NCBI GenBank assembly: GCA_016195125.1
Contig: JACQAD010000083.1
Span: 1 to 39,966 of the forward strand
Direction: 5' to 3'
Length of the DNA stretch: 39,966 nucleotides
Source: Magnetospirillum sp.
Lineage (GTDB): Bacteria > Pseudomonadota > Alphaproteobacteria > Rhodospirillales > Magnetospirillaceae
Shown piece by piece: positions 17,660 to 27,608 of the stretch (the stretch's first letter is position 1; every line of letters begins with the position of its first letter). The notes beneath the pieces were generated by a model. That model had not been told where the DNA came from and searched no databases. It worked only from the letters and a program-made list of their open reading frames with translations. Made by a program: the position numbers and the translations under genes.

Positions 17660-18591
17660 AGAAGGACCGGCTTCCAGCCGCCCCCCGGCGCTCCGTGTCG
17701 GCACAAACGGCCATTCGGGACGGAACCTCCGACGTCATCCCGTTTCCCATCTACGTGGTCGATACCGTCACCCTGGAACTGGTCAGCCTGAACGAAGCCA
17801 TGCGCCGCAAGACCGGCGCCTTGCCGGGCCAGACGTGCCACCAGGCCATTTATGATCAGGATTCCCCCTGTATCTTCTGCAAGATCGCCGAACTCTCCAT
17901 GGCATCGGACCCGGGCTCGGCTGGTACCGTGTTCGAGCATTTCAACGATCGTGACGAATGCTGGTACCAGTTGAACGAAACCCTGGTCGACTGGTTCGAC
18001 GGACGCCGGGTCAAGCATTCCATCGCCGTGAATATCGGCGCCCTCAAGGATGCCCAGAACGAGTTGTCCGAGGCCTATGCCCTGCTGGCCCTGAAAAGCG
18101 TCGAGCTGGAAAAGGCGTCCATCACCGATGCGCTGACCGGCCTGTTCAATCGCCGCCGGCTCGACGACGCCTTCGCCCATGAACTGGACCGGGCCCAGCG
18201 CTACGGCCTGCCCGTCTCCATCATCATCACCGACGTGGACCACTTCAAATCGGTCAACGACACCTACGGCCATCATGTGGGGGATCTGGTCCTGCAGCTG
18301 ATCGCCGAGCGTCTGCGCCACGGCGTCCGGGCCGTGGACACCGTCGGCCGCTGGGGTGGCGAGGAGTTTCTGGTGATCTGTCCCGACACCGACCAGGAGG
18401 GCGCCCGCGCCCTGGCCGAGAAATTACGGGCCAGCATCGGCCAAACCGATTTCCCCACCCTGGGCTCCGCCACCTCATCCTTCGGCATCGCCCAGTACCG
18501 GGACGGAGAATCCTTCAAGGACGTGGTCGCCCGCGCCGACACCGCGCTCTATCGCGCCAAGATCGGCGGCCGCAACCGGGTCGAAGGCTGA
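17656..18591 (+). CDS. Diguanylate cyclase with an N-terminal PAS-like, Cys-motif domain
   Basis: DALTGLFNRR, DVDHFKSVNDTYGHHVGD, RAVD (RxxD I-site), GGEEF. The TTG start overlaps the upstream TGA. Confidence 0.93.
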   Translation: MKKDRLPAAPRRSVSAQTAIRDGTSDVIPFPIYVVDTVTLELVSLNEAMRRKTGALPGQTCHQAIYDQDSPCIFCKIAELSMASDPGSAGTVFEHFNDRDECWYQLNETLVDWFDGRRVKHSIAVNIGALKDAQNELSEAYALLALKSVELEKASITDALTGLFNRRRLDDAFAHELDRAQRYGLPVSIIITDVDHFKSVNDTYGHHVGDLVLQLIAERLRHGVRAVDTVGRWGGEEFLVICPDTDQEGARALAEKLRASIGQTDFPTLGSATSSFGIAQYRDGESFKDVVARADTALYRAKIGGRNRVEG

Positions 18592-18598
18592 TCACATC

Positions 18599-19240
18599 AT
18601 GCTGATCGGCCAATTCACCCTGCCCCTGGCCTTCGACCTTGCCGCCACGTTCTTTTTCGCCATCACCGGCGCCCTGACCGCCATGCGCAAGGAGTACGAC
18701 CTGGTGGGCGTGTTCTTCCTGGCCCTGGTCACCGGGCTGGGCGGGGGATTGCTGCGCGACGGCGTCTTCCTGCAGCTTGTTCCCGCCGTTCTGACCTCGC
18801 CTTATCTGCTTACGGTTCTGGCGGCCATGGCCCTGGGATTGGTCTTCGGCGAGGCCTTGAACCGCCTGGCCCTGGCCTTCCTGCTGGTCGATGCCCTGGG
18901 GCTGGGCCTCTACGCCGTGGTCGGCGTGCAAAAGACGCTCAGCGCCGGATTGGACTGGGTACCGGCTCTGCTGGTCGGAATCATCAACGCCATCGGCGGA
19001 GGATTACTGCGCGATCTGATCACTCGCCAAGATCCGCTGGTCTTTCGTCCGGGCGAGTTCTATGCCGCCGCCGCCATGGCCGGTGGAGCGGCCTTCCTGA
19101 TCCTGGCCCTGCCCCTGGGGGTCGCCGCCCAGCCGGCCGCCCTGGGCGGAATCGCCGTCACAATCCTGGTGCGGCTGGCCTCGGTCCATTTCGGCTGGCG
19201 AACCCCCACCGCCCGAGCGCTGATCCGCCGCCGGGATTAG
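18599..19240 (+). CDS. Trimeric intracellular cation channel (TRIC)/UPF0126 family membrane protein
   Basis: Two internal repeats carrying GGG-LLRD, plus FAITGA, DALGLG and EFYA; about 7 hydrophobic helices. Confidence 0.85.
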   Translation: MLIGQFTLPLAFDLAATFFFAITGALTAMRKEYDLVGVFFLALVTGLGGGLLRDGVFLQLVPAVLTSPYLLTVLAAMALGLVFGEALNRLALAFLLVDALGLGLYAVVGVQKTLSAGLDWVPALLVGIINAIGGGLLRDLITRQDPLVFRPGEFYAAAAMAGGAAFLILALPLGVAAQPAALGGIAVTILVRLASVHFGWRTPTARALIRRRD

Positions 19241-20184
19241 CGCGACGGGCAGAAGGCTTCCCGCAATTCCGCAAAAATCAGCATCAGCTGCTTTTGAATC
19301 CAGTCGATGAATTCATGCAGCCCGGCATTGATGACGTCGTCGATATTGCGGTCGCTGAGCACGGCGCGCAATTCGTCCAGCAATTCCAGCGCCTCGCCAC
19401 CGCCCCTGAGATTATAGCGGCTGCGCAATTGGGTCAGCAGCCAATCCATCTGGCGCACGCACAGGATCACCGAACGCGGGAAGGAATCCGAGAACAGCAG
19501 GAAGGCCGCCACCGATTTCGGGGTGATGGAGCCGGCCAGCACCCGCCGCGAGGCCTGATATCCGGCCGCCGCCTTCAAAAGGGCGTTCCAGTGGCTGATA
19601 TCCAGGGGCGAGCCCACATCCTCGGGCCGGGGCAGCAAGGTGTGATACTTGATGTCCAGCAGCCGGGTGGTCTGGTCGGCCCGCTCCAGATTCTTGCCCA
19701 GATGGTAGAAGTAATGGGCCTGATCCCGGTAGAAGGTGCCCTCGGTAATGCCCACGTGCAATTGGCAGGCTTCCTTGATCTCGGTGCACAGCGCCGACAG
19801 ATTGCCCGGACTCACCGCGTTGGCCGACAGGCCGGTCATCCAGGAGCTCATGCGGTTGATCTGGCGCCACATCTCGATGGAGATCAGCGGCCGCAAGGAC
19901 CGGGCGTTCTCGCGGGCCGCGCGCACCGACGAGATGATCGAGGTCGGGTTCTCCGGGTCAAGGATATAGAAATGCGGAACCGTCTGGGCATCGGCGATCC
20001 GGTGGCGGGCGAAGAAGCGTTCCCCGTCGGCGTTGATCTGCACCACCGGCAGCCAATTGGCGCCGGAGCGGTCGCGGGCGAAGGTTTCGGCCACCCCCAG
20101 GATACGGGCGAGGTTTTCGATCCGCTCCATGTAGCGGGCCAGCCAGATGATGGAATCGGCGTTGCGGGCGAGAAGTTCGGACAT
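19237..20184 (-). CDS. Alpha-E domain protein (DUF403)
   Basis: LARNADSIIWLARYMERIEN, ARENAR, second ER motif LERADQTTRLLD, FPRSV. Confidence 0.9.
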   Translation of the reverse strand: MSELLARNADSIIWLARYMERIENLARILGVAETFARDRSGANWLPVVQINADGERFFARHRIADAQTVPHFYILDPENPTSIISSVRAARENARSLRPLISIEMWRQINRMSSWMTGLSANAVSPGNLSALCTEIKEACQLHVGITEGTFYRDQAHYFYHLGKNLERADQTTRLLDIKYHTLLPRPEDVGSPLDISHWNALLKAAAGYQASRRVLAGSITPKSVAAFLLFSDSFPRSVILCVRQMDWLLTQLRSRYNLRGGGEALELLDELRAVLSDRNIDDVINAGLHEFIDWIQKQLMLIFAELREAFCPSR

Positions 20185-20187
20185 GAT

Positions 20188-21651
20188 CTACTCCAACACC
20201 CAGGTGTCCTTGGACCCGCCGCCCTGCGACGAGTTGACCACGATGGAGCCCTTTTTCAGCGCCACCCGCGACAGCCCCCCCGATAACACCGCGGTCTTGG
20301 CTCCGGTCACCGCGAAAGGTCGCAGATCAACGTGGCGCGGCTCGACGCCGCCATCGGTCAGGGTCGGGCACACCGACAGCCCGATCATGGGCTGGCTGAT
20401 GTAATTGTCGGGATCGGCCTTGAGCTTGGCACGGAACTCGTCCAGTTCGGTCCGGGTGGCCTTGGGGCCGATGATCATGCCATAGCCGCCGGATTCGCCC
20501 ACCGGCTTGACCACCAGCTTGTCCAGATTGTCCATGGTGTATTGCAACGCCTCGGCCTCGCGGCAGATGAAGGTTTCCACGTTGGGCAGGATCGCCTCCT
20601 CGCCCAAATAGTATTTCACCATGCGCGGCATGTAGGCGTAGACCGCCTTGTCGTCGGCGACGCCGGTGCCGGGGGCGTTGGCCACGGCCACATTGCCCTT
20701 CTTGTAGGCCCCCATCAGGCCGGGAACGCCCAGCATGGAATCAGGCCTGAACACCTCGGGGTCGAGGAAGGCATCGTCGATACGGCGGTAGATGCAGTGA
20801 ACCGGCGCCCGGCCGGCGGTGGTCAGCATGTAGACCCGATCGTTCTCGACCACCAGATCGCGCCCCTCCACCAGCGGCACTCCCATCTCGCGGGCCAGGA
20901 AGACGTGCTCGAAGAAGGCCGAGTTGTAAATGCCGGGCGACAACAACACCACGGTGGGATCATCCACCCCCTGGGGGGCGATATCGACCAGGGCCTGGCG
21001 CAGCATCAGGCCGTAATTGTCCACCGGCCGCACCTTGGCCCCATCCATCAGGTCGGGGAAGGATTGCAGCATCAGGTTGCGGTTCTCGACCACGTAGGAA
21101 ACACCCGAGGGCGTGCGGGCATTGTCTTCCAGCACCCTGAACTCGCCCGCCTGATCGCGGATCAGATCGATGCCGCAGACATGGGAATAAGTGCCGCAGG
21201 GCACCTTCAGCCCGCGCATGAACTCATGATAATTGGCATTGCCCAGGACCAGATCGGCGGGGATCACCTTGTCGGCCAGGATGCGCTGGTCGTGATAGAG
21301 GTCATCCAGGAACAGGTTGATGGTCGTCACCCGCTGGATGATTCCGGCCTCCAGACGCGTCCATTCCCCGGCGGTGATCACCCGGGGCAGCACGTCGAAG
21401 GGCAGGATGCGGTCGATGGCGTCCTTGTCGGAATAGACGGTAAAGGTGATGCCCAGATCGAACATCTCCTTGTCGGCCAGGGCCGTGCGCCGGCGCAGAC
21501 TGTCCTGATCCAGGGAATTCAGGCGGGTGAGGATGGCCGCCAGATCCGCTGTGCCGTCAGGCCGGGGCGAGGTCAACTCACAAAAGAAGGGACCGCGATC
21601 ATACTGGGACAACAATCCCAGTGCCGTGGACGAACCTTGGCTCTGCTTCAT
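20188..21651 (-). CDS. Circularly permuted type 2 ATP-grasp protein
   Basis: GITFTVY, PFDVLPR, VLEDNARTPSGVSY, IYRRIDD, NAPGTGVADDK, GGYG, RHVDLRPF, VVNSSQGGGSKDTWV. ATG 21651 preferred over the track's 21696. Confidence 0.93.
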   Translation of the reverse strand: MKQSQGSSTALGLLSQYDRGPFFCELTSPRPDGTADLAAILTRLNSLDQDSLRRRTALADKEMFDLGITFTVYSDKDAIDRILPFDVLPRVITAGEWTRLEAGIIQRVTTINLFLDDLYHDQRILADKVIPADLVLGNANYHEFMRGLKVPCGTYSHVCGIDLIRDQAGEFRVLEDNARTPSGVSYVVENRNLMLQSFPDLMDGAKVRPVDNYGLMLRQALVDIAPQGVDDPTVVLLSPGIYNSAFFEHVFLAREMGVPLVEGRDLVVENDRVYMLTTAGRAPVHCIYRRIDDAFLDPEVFRPDSMLGVPGLMGAYKKGNVAVANAPGTGVADDKAVYAYMPRMVKYYLGEEAILPNVETFICREAEALQYTMDNLDKLVVKPVGESGGYGMIIGPKATRTELDEFRAKLKADPDNYISQPMIGLSVCPTLTDGGVEPRHVDLRPFAVTGAKTAVLSGGLSRVALKKGSIVVNSSQGGGSKDTWVLE

Positions 21652-21824
21652 CCTGGACGCCCCCTTTGAACATTGTTCACGGATGCAGGGTAACACCCCG
21701 ATTGGACTTGATCAAATTTAAGGCAGCTGCCCAGCCATGCCGAATCATGAAGCTTTTGTTCCGCACAGTGCAAATGGCCTGTGCTACCCTGCCTGCCTAA
21801 TTCGCCACCGGGTATGGGAATACG

Positions 21825-24800
21825 ATGGCCATTCACGTCAAGCTTCGTCATACCACCAGCTACCGTTACGACAAGCTGGTCACCCTGTCGCCACAAGTGG
21901 TGCGACTCCGTCCCGCCCCCCATTCGCGAACCCCGGTTCTGTCCTATTCCCTGGACATCGAGCCCAAGAACCACTTCATCAACTGGCAACAAGATCCGCA
22001 GGGCAACTGGCTGGCCCGGCTGGTCTTCCCGGAGCCGGTGGACCACTTCACCGTGGATGTCGACCTTGTGGCCGACATGTCCATCGTCAATCCCTTCGAC
22101 TTCTTCCTGGAGCCGGAGGCAGAGAGCTTCCCATTCGCCTACGACCCCATGCTCGACCACGAGCTGAAGCCGTTCCTGCTGTGCGAGGAGGCCGGGCCGC
22201 TGCTGACGGCCTATTTGAAGACCATCGACACCAGCCGGCCGGTGCACACCAACGACTTCCTGGTGGCGCTCAATCAGCGCCTGCAAGCGGAGATCAGCTA
22301 CACCATCCGCATGGAGCCCGGAATTCAGACCCCGGAGCAGACCCTGGGCCTGCGCACCGGCTCGTGCCGGGATTCCGCCTGGTTGCTGGTGCAGATCCTG
22401 CGCCGCCTGGGGCTGGCGGCGCGCTTCGTGTCGGGCTACCTGATCCAGCTGGTTCCCGACATCAAGGCGCTGGACGGTCCCGTCGGCGCCGCCGAGGATT
22501 TCACCGACCTGCACGCCTGGACCGAGGTCTATCTGCCCGGCGCCGGCTGGATCGGCCTTGATCCCACCTCGGGCCTGCTGACCGGCGAGGGCCACATTCC
22601 CCTGGCCGCCTCGCCCGATCCCAGCAGCGCGGCGCCCATCACCGGCGCCGTGGAAATGTGCGAGGTCAGCTTCGACCACCGCATGAGCGTCATCCGCGTG
22701 CTGGAAACCCCGCGCGTCACCAAGCCCTATAGCGACGAGCAGTGGCAGGCCATCCTCGGCCTGGGCGACGTGGTCGACGAGCATCTGAAGCGCGGCGACG
22801 TGCGCCTGACCCAGGGCGGCGAGCCCACCTTCGTCTCCACCGAGGATCCCGATGGCGAGGAATGGAACACCAGCGCCGTCGGCCCCACCAAGCGGGCCTT
22901 CGCCGATTCCCTGATCCGCCGCCTGCGCGACCGCTTCGCGCCGGGCGCCCTGATCGCCTATGGCCAGGGCAAGTGGTATCCGGGCGAAAGCCTGCCGCGC
23001 TGGGCCTTCTCGCTGATCTGGCGCGAGGATGAGGAGGCGGTGTGGCGTGACCCCAAGCTGATCGCCCTGGAAGCCGAGGACAATTCCCCCACCCATGACG
23101 AAGCCCGCGACTTCTCCAAGGCCCTGTGCCGCAATCTGGGCGTCGATCCCGATTACGCCATGCCCGCCTGGGAAGACCCCGCCTATTACCTGCTGCGCGA
23201 GCAGGCCCTGCCCATCAACGTCGATCCCATCGATTCCAAGCTGGAGAACCCGGAAGAGCGGGCCCGGCTGGCCAGCGTGTTCCGGCGCGGCCTGGGCACG
23301 CCGACCGGCTATGTCCTGCCGCTGCAGCCCTGGCAGGCCCGTGACTCCTTCCGTTGGATCACCGGCCCCTGGCCGACCAGGGATGGCAAGCTGATCACCA
23401 TTCCCGGCGATTCGCCCTTGGGCTTCCGGCTGCCGCTGGAATCCCTGCCGTGGATCTCCGCCGATTCCTATCCCTATCACAACGAGCGCGACCCCTTCGA
23501 ATATCGCCCGCCGCTGCCGCCGTCCCGGCGTCAGCATTCCCAGACCGAGCGGGCCCCCGCCGCGGGCGAGCCCCGAGCCACCATCTTGCAGCAGGTTCCC
23601 GTCGATCTGCGGCCCGTCGAGACCGCCAACGGCCTGGTCTCGGAGAATGTGCGCACCGCCCTTTGCGTCCAGCCCAGGGACGGGCGCCTGAACGTCTTCC
23701 TGCCGCCCATGGAAACCGCCGAGCAATATCTGGACCTGATCGAGGCGGTCGAGCACGCCGCCGCCGAAATCGGCCGGCCGGTGCATGTGGAAGGCTATCC
23801 GCCGCCCAACGATCCCCGCCTCAAGATCATCAAGGTCACCCCCGATCCCGGCGTCATCGAGGTCAACGTCCAGCCGGTGGAGCATTGGCGGGAATTGGTG
23901 ACAAGCACCGAGATCCTCTATGAGGAAGCCCACCAGACCCGCCTGGGTACCGAGAAATTCATGATCGACGGCCGCCATGTGGGCACCGGCGGCGGCAATC
24001 ATATGGTGCTGGGCGGCTGGACCCCCGCCGACAGCCCGTTCCTGCGCCGCCCCGACCTGCTGGGCAGCCTGATCCGCTTCTGGCAGAACCATCCCAGCCT
24101 GTCCTACCTGTTCTCGGGCATGTTCATCGGCCCCACCAGCCAACACCCTCGCGTCGATGAGGCTCGCGACGACACCCTCTACGAGCTGGAGATCGCCCTG
24201 TCGCAATTGCCGCCCCCCGGCACCAACGTGGCGCCCTGGGTGGTGGACCGGGTCTTGCGCAACGTCCTGATCGACGCTTCGGGCAACACCCACCGCACCG
24301 AGCTTTGCATCGACAAGCTCTACTCGCCCGACGGTCCCACCGGGCGGCTGGGTCTGGTGGAGTTCCGCGCCTTCGAAATGCCGCCCCATTGCCGGATGAG
24401 CCTGGTCCAGCAATTACTGCTGCGCGCCCTGGTCGCCCGTTTCTGGGACCAGCCCTATACCCAGAAGCTGGTGCGCTTCGGATCAAGCCTGCGTGACCGC
24501 TTCATGCTGCCCCACTGGGTCGAGAAGGATTTCGACGAGGTGCTGGAATGGCTGGGCGGCGGCGGCTTCGTCTTCGACCGGGCCTGGTTCGCCCCCCATA
24601 TGGAATTCCGCTTCCCCGTGGTCGGCGCCATCATCCATCAGGGCGTGCGCGTCGAATTGCGCAACGCGCTCGAGCCCTGGCACGTCATGGGCGAGGAGCC
24701 TGGGGCCGGCGGCACCGTCCGCTACGTGGATTCCTCGGTGGAGCGCATGCAGGTCAAGGTCACGGGGCTGGAGGGCGACCGCTATGTCATTGCCTGCAAC

Positions 24801-25151
24801 GGGCGGCGCGTCCCCCTGGTCCCCACCGGCACCAGGGGCGAGTTCGTGGCCGGCGTGCGCTATCGCGCCTGGGCGCCGGCCTCCTGCCTGCATCCCACCA
24901 TCGGCGTCCACACACCGCTGGTGTTCGATCTGGTGGACACCTGGACCGGCGAGGCGGTTTCGGGCTGCACCTATCATGTCGCCCACCCCGGCGGCCGAAA
25001 TTATGATACCTTCCCGGTCAATTCATACGAGGCCGAGGCCAGGAGGCGGGCCCGCTTCTTCGGATTCGGACATACGAACGGGCCCATGCGGGTCAATGGT
25101 GGCGCGGTTCATCCCGACTACCCGAATACCTTGGATCTGAGACTGCAATAG
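21825..25151 (+). CDS. Transglutaminase-like domain fused to DUF2126 (putative amidoligase)
   Basis: N-terminal HTTSYRY..RLRP; triad GSCRD / LHAW / LDPT; then GGEPTFVS, GKWYPGE, TPDPGVIEVN, GTGGGNH, FSGMFIGPTSQ, EFRAFEMPP. Confidence 0.92.
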   Translation: MAIHVKLRHTTSYRYDKLVTLSPQVVRLRPAPHSRTPVLSYSLDIEPKNHFINWQQDPQGNWLARLVFPEPVDHFTVDVDLVADMSIVNPFDFFLEPEAESFPFAYDPMLDHELKPFLLCEEAGPLLTAYLKTIDTSRPVHTNDFLVALNQRLQAEISYTIRMEPGIQTPEQTLGLRTGSCRDSAWLLVQILRRLGLAARFVSGYLIQLVPDIKALDGPVGAAEDFTDLHAWTEVYLPGAGWIGLDPTSGLLTGEGHIPLAASPDPSSAAPITGAVEMCEVSFDHRMSVIRVLETPRVTKPYSDEQWQAILGLGDVVDEHLKRGDVRLTQGGEPTFVSTEDPDGEEWNTSAVGPTKRAFADSLIRRLRDRFAPGALIAYGQGKWYPGESLPRWAFSLIWREDEEAVWRDPKLIALEAEDNSPTHDEARDFSKALCRNLGVDPDYAMPAWEDPAYYLLREQALPINVDPIDSKLENPEERARLASVFRRGLGTPTGYVLPLQPWQARDSFRWITGPWPTRDGKLITIPGDSPLGFRLPLESLPWISADSYPYHNERDPFEYRPPLPPSRRQHSQTERAPAAGEPRATILQQVPVDLRPVETANGLVSENVRTALCVQPRDGRLNVFLPPMETAEQYLDLIEAVEHAAAEIGRPVHVEGYPPPNDPRLKIIKVTPDPGVIEVNVQPVEHWRELVTSTEILYEEAHQTRLGTEKFMIDGRHVGTGGGNHMVLGGWTPADSPFLRRPDLLGSLIRFWQNHPSLSYLFSGMFIGPTSQHPRVDEARDDTLYELEIALSQLPPPGTNVAPWVVDRVLRNVLIDASGNTHRTELCIDKLYSPDGPTGRLGLVEFRAFEMPPHCRMSLVQQLLLRALVARFWDQPYTQKLVRFGSSLRDRFMLPHWVEKDFDEVLEWLGGGGFVFDRAWFAPHMEFRFPVVGAIIHQGVRVELRNALEPWHVMGEEPGAGGTVRYVDSSVERMQVKVTGLEGDRYVIACNGRRVPLVPTGTRGEFVAGVRYRAWAPASCLHPTIGVHTPLVFDLVDTWTGEAVSGCTYHVAHPGGRNYDTFPVNSYEAEARRRARFFGFGHTNGPMRVNGGAVHPDYPNTLDLRLQ

Positions 25152-25163
25152 GGATAGCGGACA

Positions 25164-27608
25164 TTGCGCGAGGGGGAGGTCAAGATCCAACGTAGGTTAC
25201 GCAATCGCCGGGATTCGCCCGTTGCGTCCATCTCGAGTGTTTACCGGCCGCTGCCGGGGGCTTGGGACGAGGTTCTGACCGAATCCGGTGAGGTCCGCCC
25301 CCATTGGCAGGCCTTCACCCAGGGCCTGATGGGCTACGAGCCCGAGGAGATGCGGCGGCGCTGGGATCTGGGCCAGCGCCTGCTGCGCGACAACGGCGTC
25401 ACCTACAACGTCTACGGCGACCCGGCCGGACTGGACCGGCCATGGCGGCTGGACCCCCTGCCCCTGGTCCTGGCGGCGGATGAGTGGGCGCACATCGCCA
25501 GCGGCGTCGAACAGCGCGCCACCTTGCTCGAAGCCATCATCGACGACCTCTACGGCGGGCGTAATCTGGTCTCGCGCGGCTTGCTGCCCTCGGCGCTGCT
25601 GCATGCCAATCCCGGCTTCCTGCGTCCCTGTCACGGCTGGCGGCCGGCGGGCGGGCGGCACATGCATGTCTATGCCGCCGATCTGGCGCGCGGCCCCAAC
25701 GGCCAGTGGATGGTCCTGGGCGACCGCACCGAAAGCCCTTCGGGCTCGGGCTATGCCCTGGAGAACCGCTCCATCGTCGGCCGCGTCCTGCCGGAACTGC
25801 ACCGCTCGCTGCAGGTGGAGCGTCTGGGGCCGTTCTTCGATGCCCTGCGGCGCTCGCTGCAGATGCTGTCGCCCCGTCACAAGGACGACCCCCGCATCGT
25901 CCTGCTGACCCCCGGCCCCTACAACGCCACCTATTTCGAGCACGCCTTCATGGCAAGGCAATTGGGCATCACCCTGGTCCAGGGCGAGGATCTGACGGTG
26001 CGCGACAACAACGTCTACCTCAAGGCCCTGACCGGGTTGCAGCGGGTGGACGTCATCTTCCGCCGCACTGGCGGCGTGTGGTGCGATCCCCTGGAATTGC
26101 GGGGCGATTCCACCTTGGGGGTGGCCGGTCTGCTGCAATCGGCCAAGGCCGGCAACGTCGCCCTGGCCAACGCCATCGGCACGGGATTGCTGGATGGCGC
26201 CTCCCTGATGGGCTTCCTGCCCGCCCTGGCCCGCGACCTGCTGGGCGAGGAACTGAGCCTGGGCTCGGTGGCGACCTGGTGGTGCGGCGAGCCCGATGCC
26301 TGCGCTTACGTCTTGAACAATATGGAGCGGCTGATCATCCGCCCCGCCTTCGTCAACCGGGACCGGCCGGCGGTGGGCGCCGCCCTTACCGAGTCCCAGG
26401 CCGCCGAATTGCGCCAGGCCATCAATACGCGGCCCTGGGATTGGGTGGCCCAGGAATTGGGCGGCACCTCCACCGTGCCGGTCTGGACCGGCGGCCATCT
26501 GGAATCCCAGCATTGCGTGCTGCGGGTCTTCGCCCTGGCCACCGAGCGCGGCTGGCAGGTTCTGCCCGGCGGCCTCGCCCGCCTGTCCGCCGAGCGCGAT
26601 CTGCTGGCCACCAGGCTGCAGGCCGGCGGCGGCGGCAGCAAGGATGTCTGGATCACCTCCACCGCCAAGCGGGATTCCCAGGCGGTCCTGCGCGCCCGAG
26701 CGCCGGCGGTCCGGCTGACCCGCGACAACCGCGACCTGCCGTCGCGGGTGGCCGACAACATGTACTGGCTGGGCCGCTATCTCGAGCGTTGCGAGGCCAC
26801 CACCCGTCTGTTGCGGGCCATGCTGGGCCATATGGAGGATTCCCTGGCCCAGGATGATGCCGAACAGGTTCGAAGCATCGTCCGCACCATGACCCGGCTG
26901 GGCCTGGAACTGCCGCCGGACGCCCTGGCCGACCATCCCGAGTCCCTGCCCCAGCGCCTGCGGGAAGAGGTCGGCCACCTGGAGGCCGAGATCCTGGACG
27001 GCGACGTCATCGGCCGCCTCAATTCGGTGGTCCTGACCATGCAGGCCATCAGCGGTCTGGCCATGGAGAACATGACCCGCGGGCCGCAATGGCTGTTCCT
27101 GGATTCCGGCCGTCGCATCGAACGCGCCATCGGTCTGGTGGAAACCATCAGCGGGGCGCTGACCGATGCCGAGAGCGAGGATGCGGTCCCCCTGGAATTG
27201 CTGCTGGAGGTCTGGGACAGCGTCATGACCTATCGGTCGCGCTATCTGGCGGCACCGCGTCTGGCCGGCGTCCTCGACCTGCTGCTCTGCGATGAAAGCA
27301 ATCCGCGCTCGCTGGGCTTCCAGGTCGCCACCCTGGCCCGGCACATGGATCTTCTGGCCAATATGGGCGACGACAGCGGGTTTTATCAGCCCGAGCAGAA
27401 GCTGATGACCATCCTGTCGGGGACCATCCGCACCACCGATGTGGTGGTGCTGTCGCGCTATGAGCGCGACGCCGGCTATCACGATGCCGAGCGCCTGCTG
27501 GATTTCCTGCAATCAAGGCTGTGGGAATTGTCCGAACAGGTGTCGCGAACCTACTTCACCCATGCCCAATGGCGCCTGCCGACAGCGCCGAAGGTGATGC
27601 TGCCATGA
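25164..27608 (+). CDS. Circularly permuted ATP-grasp / alpha-E fusion protein
   Basis: NGVTYNVY, PWRLDPLP, PSGSGYALENR, LLTPGPYN.TYFEHA, GGGSKDVW, then LPSRVADNMYWLGRYLER and NPRSLGFQ. Start uncertain (TTG). Confidence 0.9.
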   Translation: MREGEVKIQRRLRNRRDSPVASISSVYRPLPGAWDEVLTESGEVRPHWQAFTQGLMGYEPEEMRRRWDLGQRLLRDNGVTYNVYGDPAGLDRPWRLDPLPLVLAADEWAHIASGVEQRATLLEAIIDDLYGGRNLVSRGLLPSALLHANPGFLRPCHGWRPAGGRHMHVYAADLARGPNGQWMVLGDRTESPSGSGYALENRSIVGRVLPELHRSLQVERLGPFFDALRRSLQMLSPRHKDDPRIVLLTPGPYNATYFEHAFMARQLGITLVQGEDLTVRDNNVYLKALTGLQRVDVIFRRTGGVWCDPLELRGDSTLGVAGLLQSAKAGNVALANAIGTGLLDGASLMGFLPALARDLLGEELSLGSVATWWCGEPDACAYVLNNMERLIIRPAFVNRDRPAVGAALTESQAAELRQAINTRPWDWVAQELGGTSTVPVWTGGHLESQHCVLRVFALATERGWQVLPGGLARLSAERDLLATRLQAGGGGSKDVWITSTAKRDSQAVLRARAPAVRLTRDNRDLPSRVADNMYWLGRYLERCEATTRLLRAMLGHMEDSLAQDDAEQVRSIVRTMTRLGLELPPDALADHPESLPQRLREEVGHLEAEILDGDVIGRLNSVVLTMQAISGLAMENMTRGPQWLFLDSGRRIERAIGLVETISGALTDAESEDAVPLELLLEVWDSVMTYRSRYLAAPRLAGVLDLLLCDESNPRSLGFQVATLARHMDLLANMGDDSGFYQPEQKLMTILSGTIRTTDVVVLSRYERDAGYHDAERLLDFLQSRLWELSEQVSRTYFTHAQWRLPTAPKVMLP

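Noticed and set aside
21702-21715. FNR-like box TTGGA-N4-ATCAA
   Set aside because: Two mismatches in one half-site; plausible by chance.
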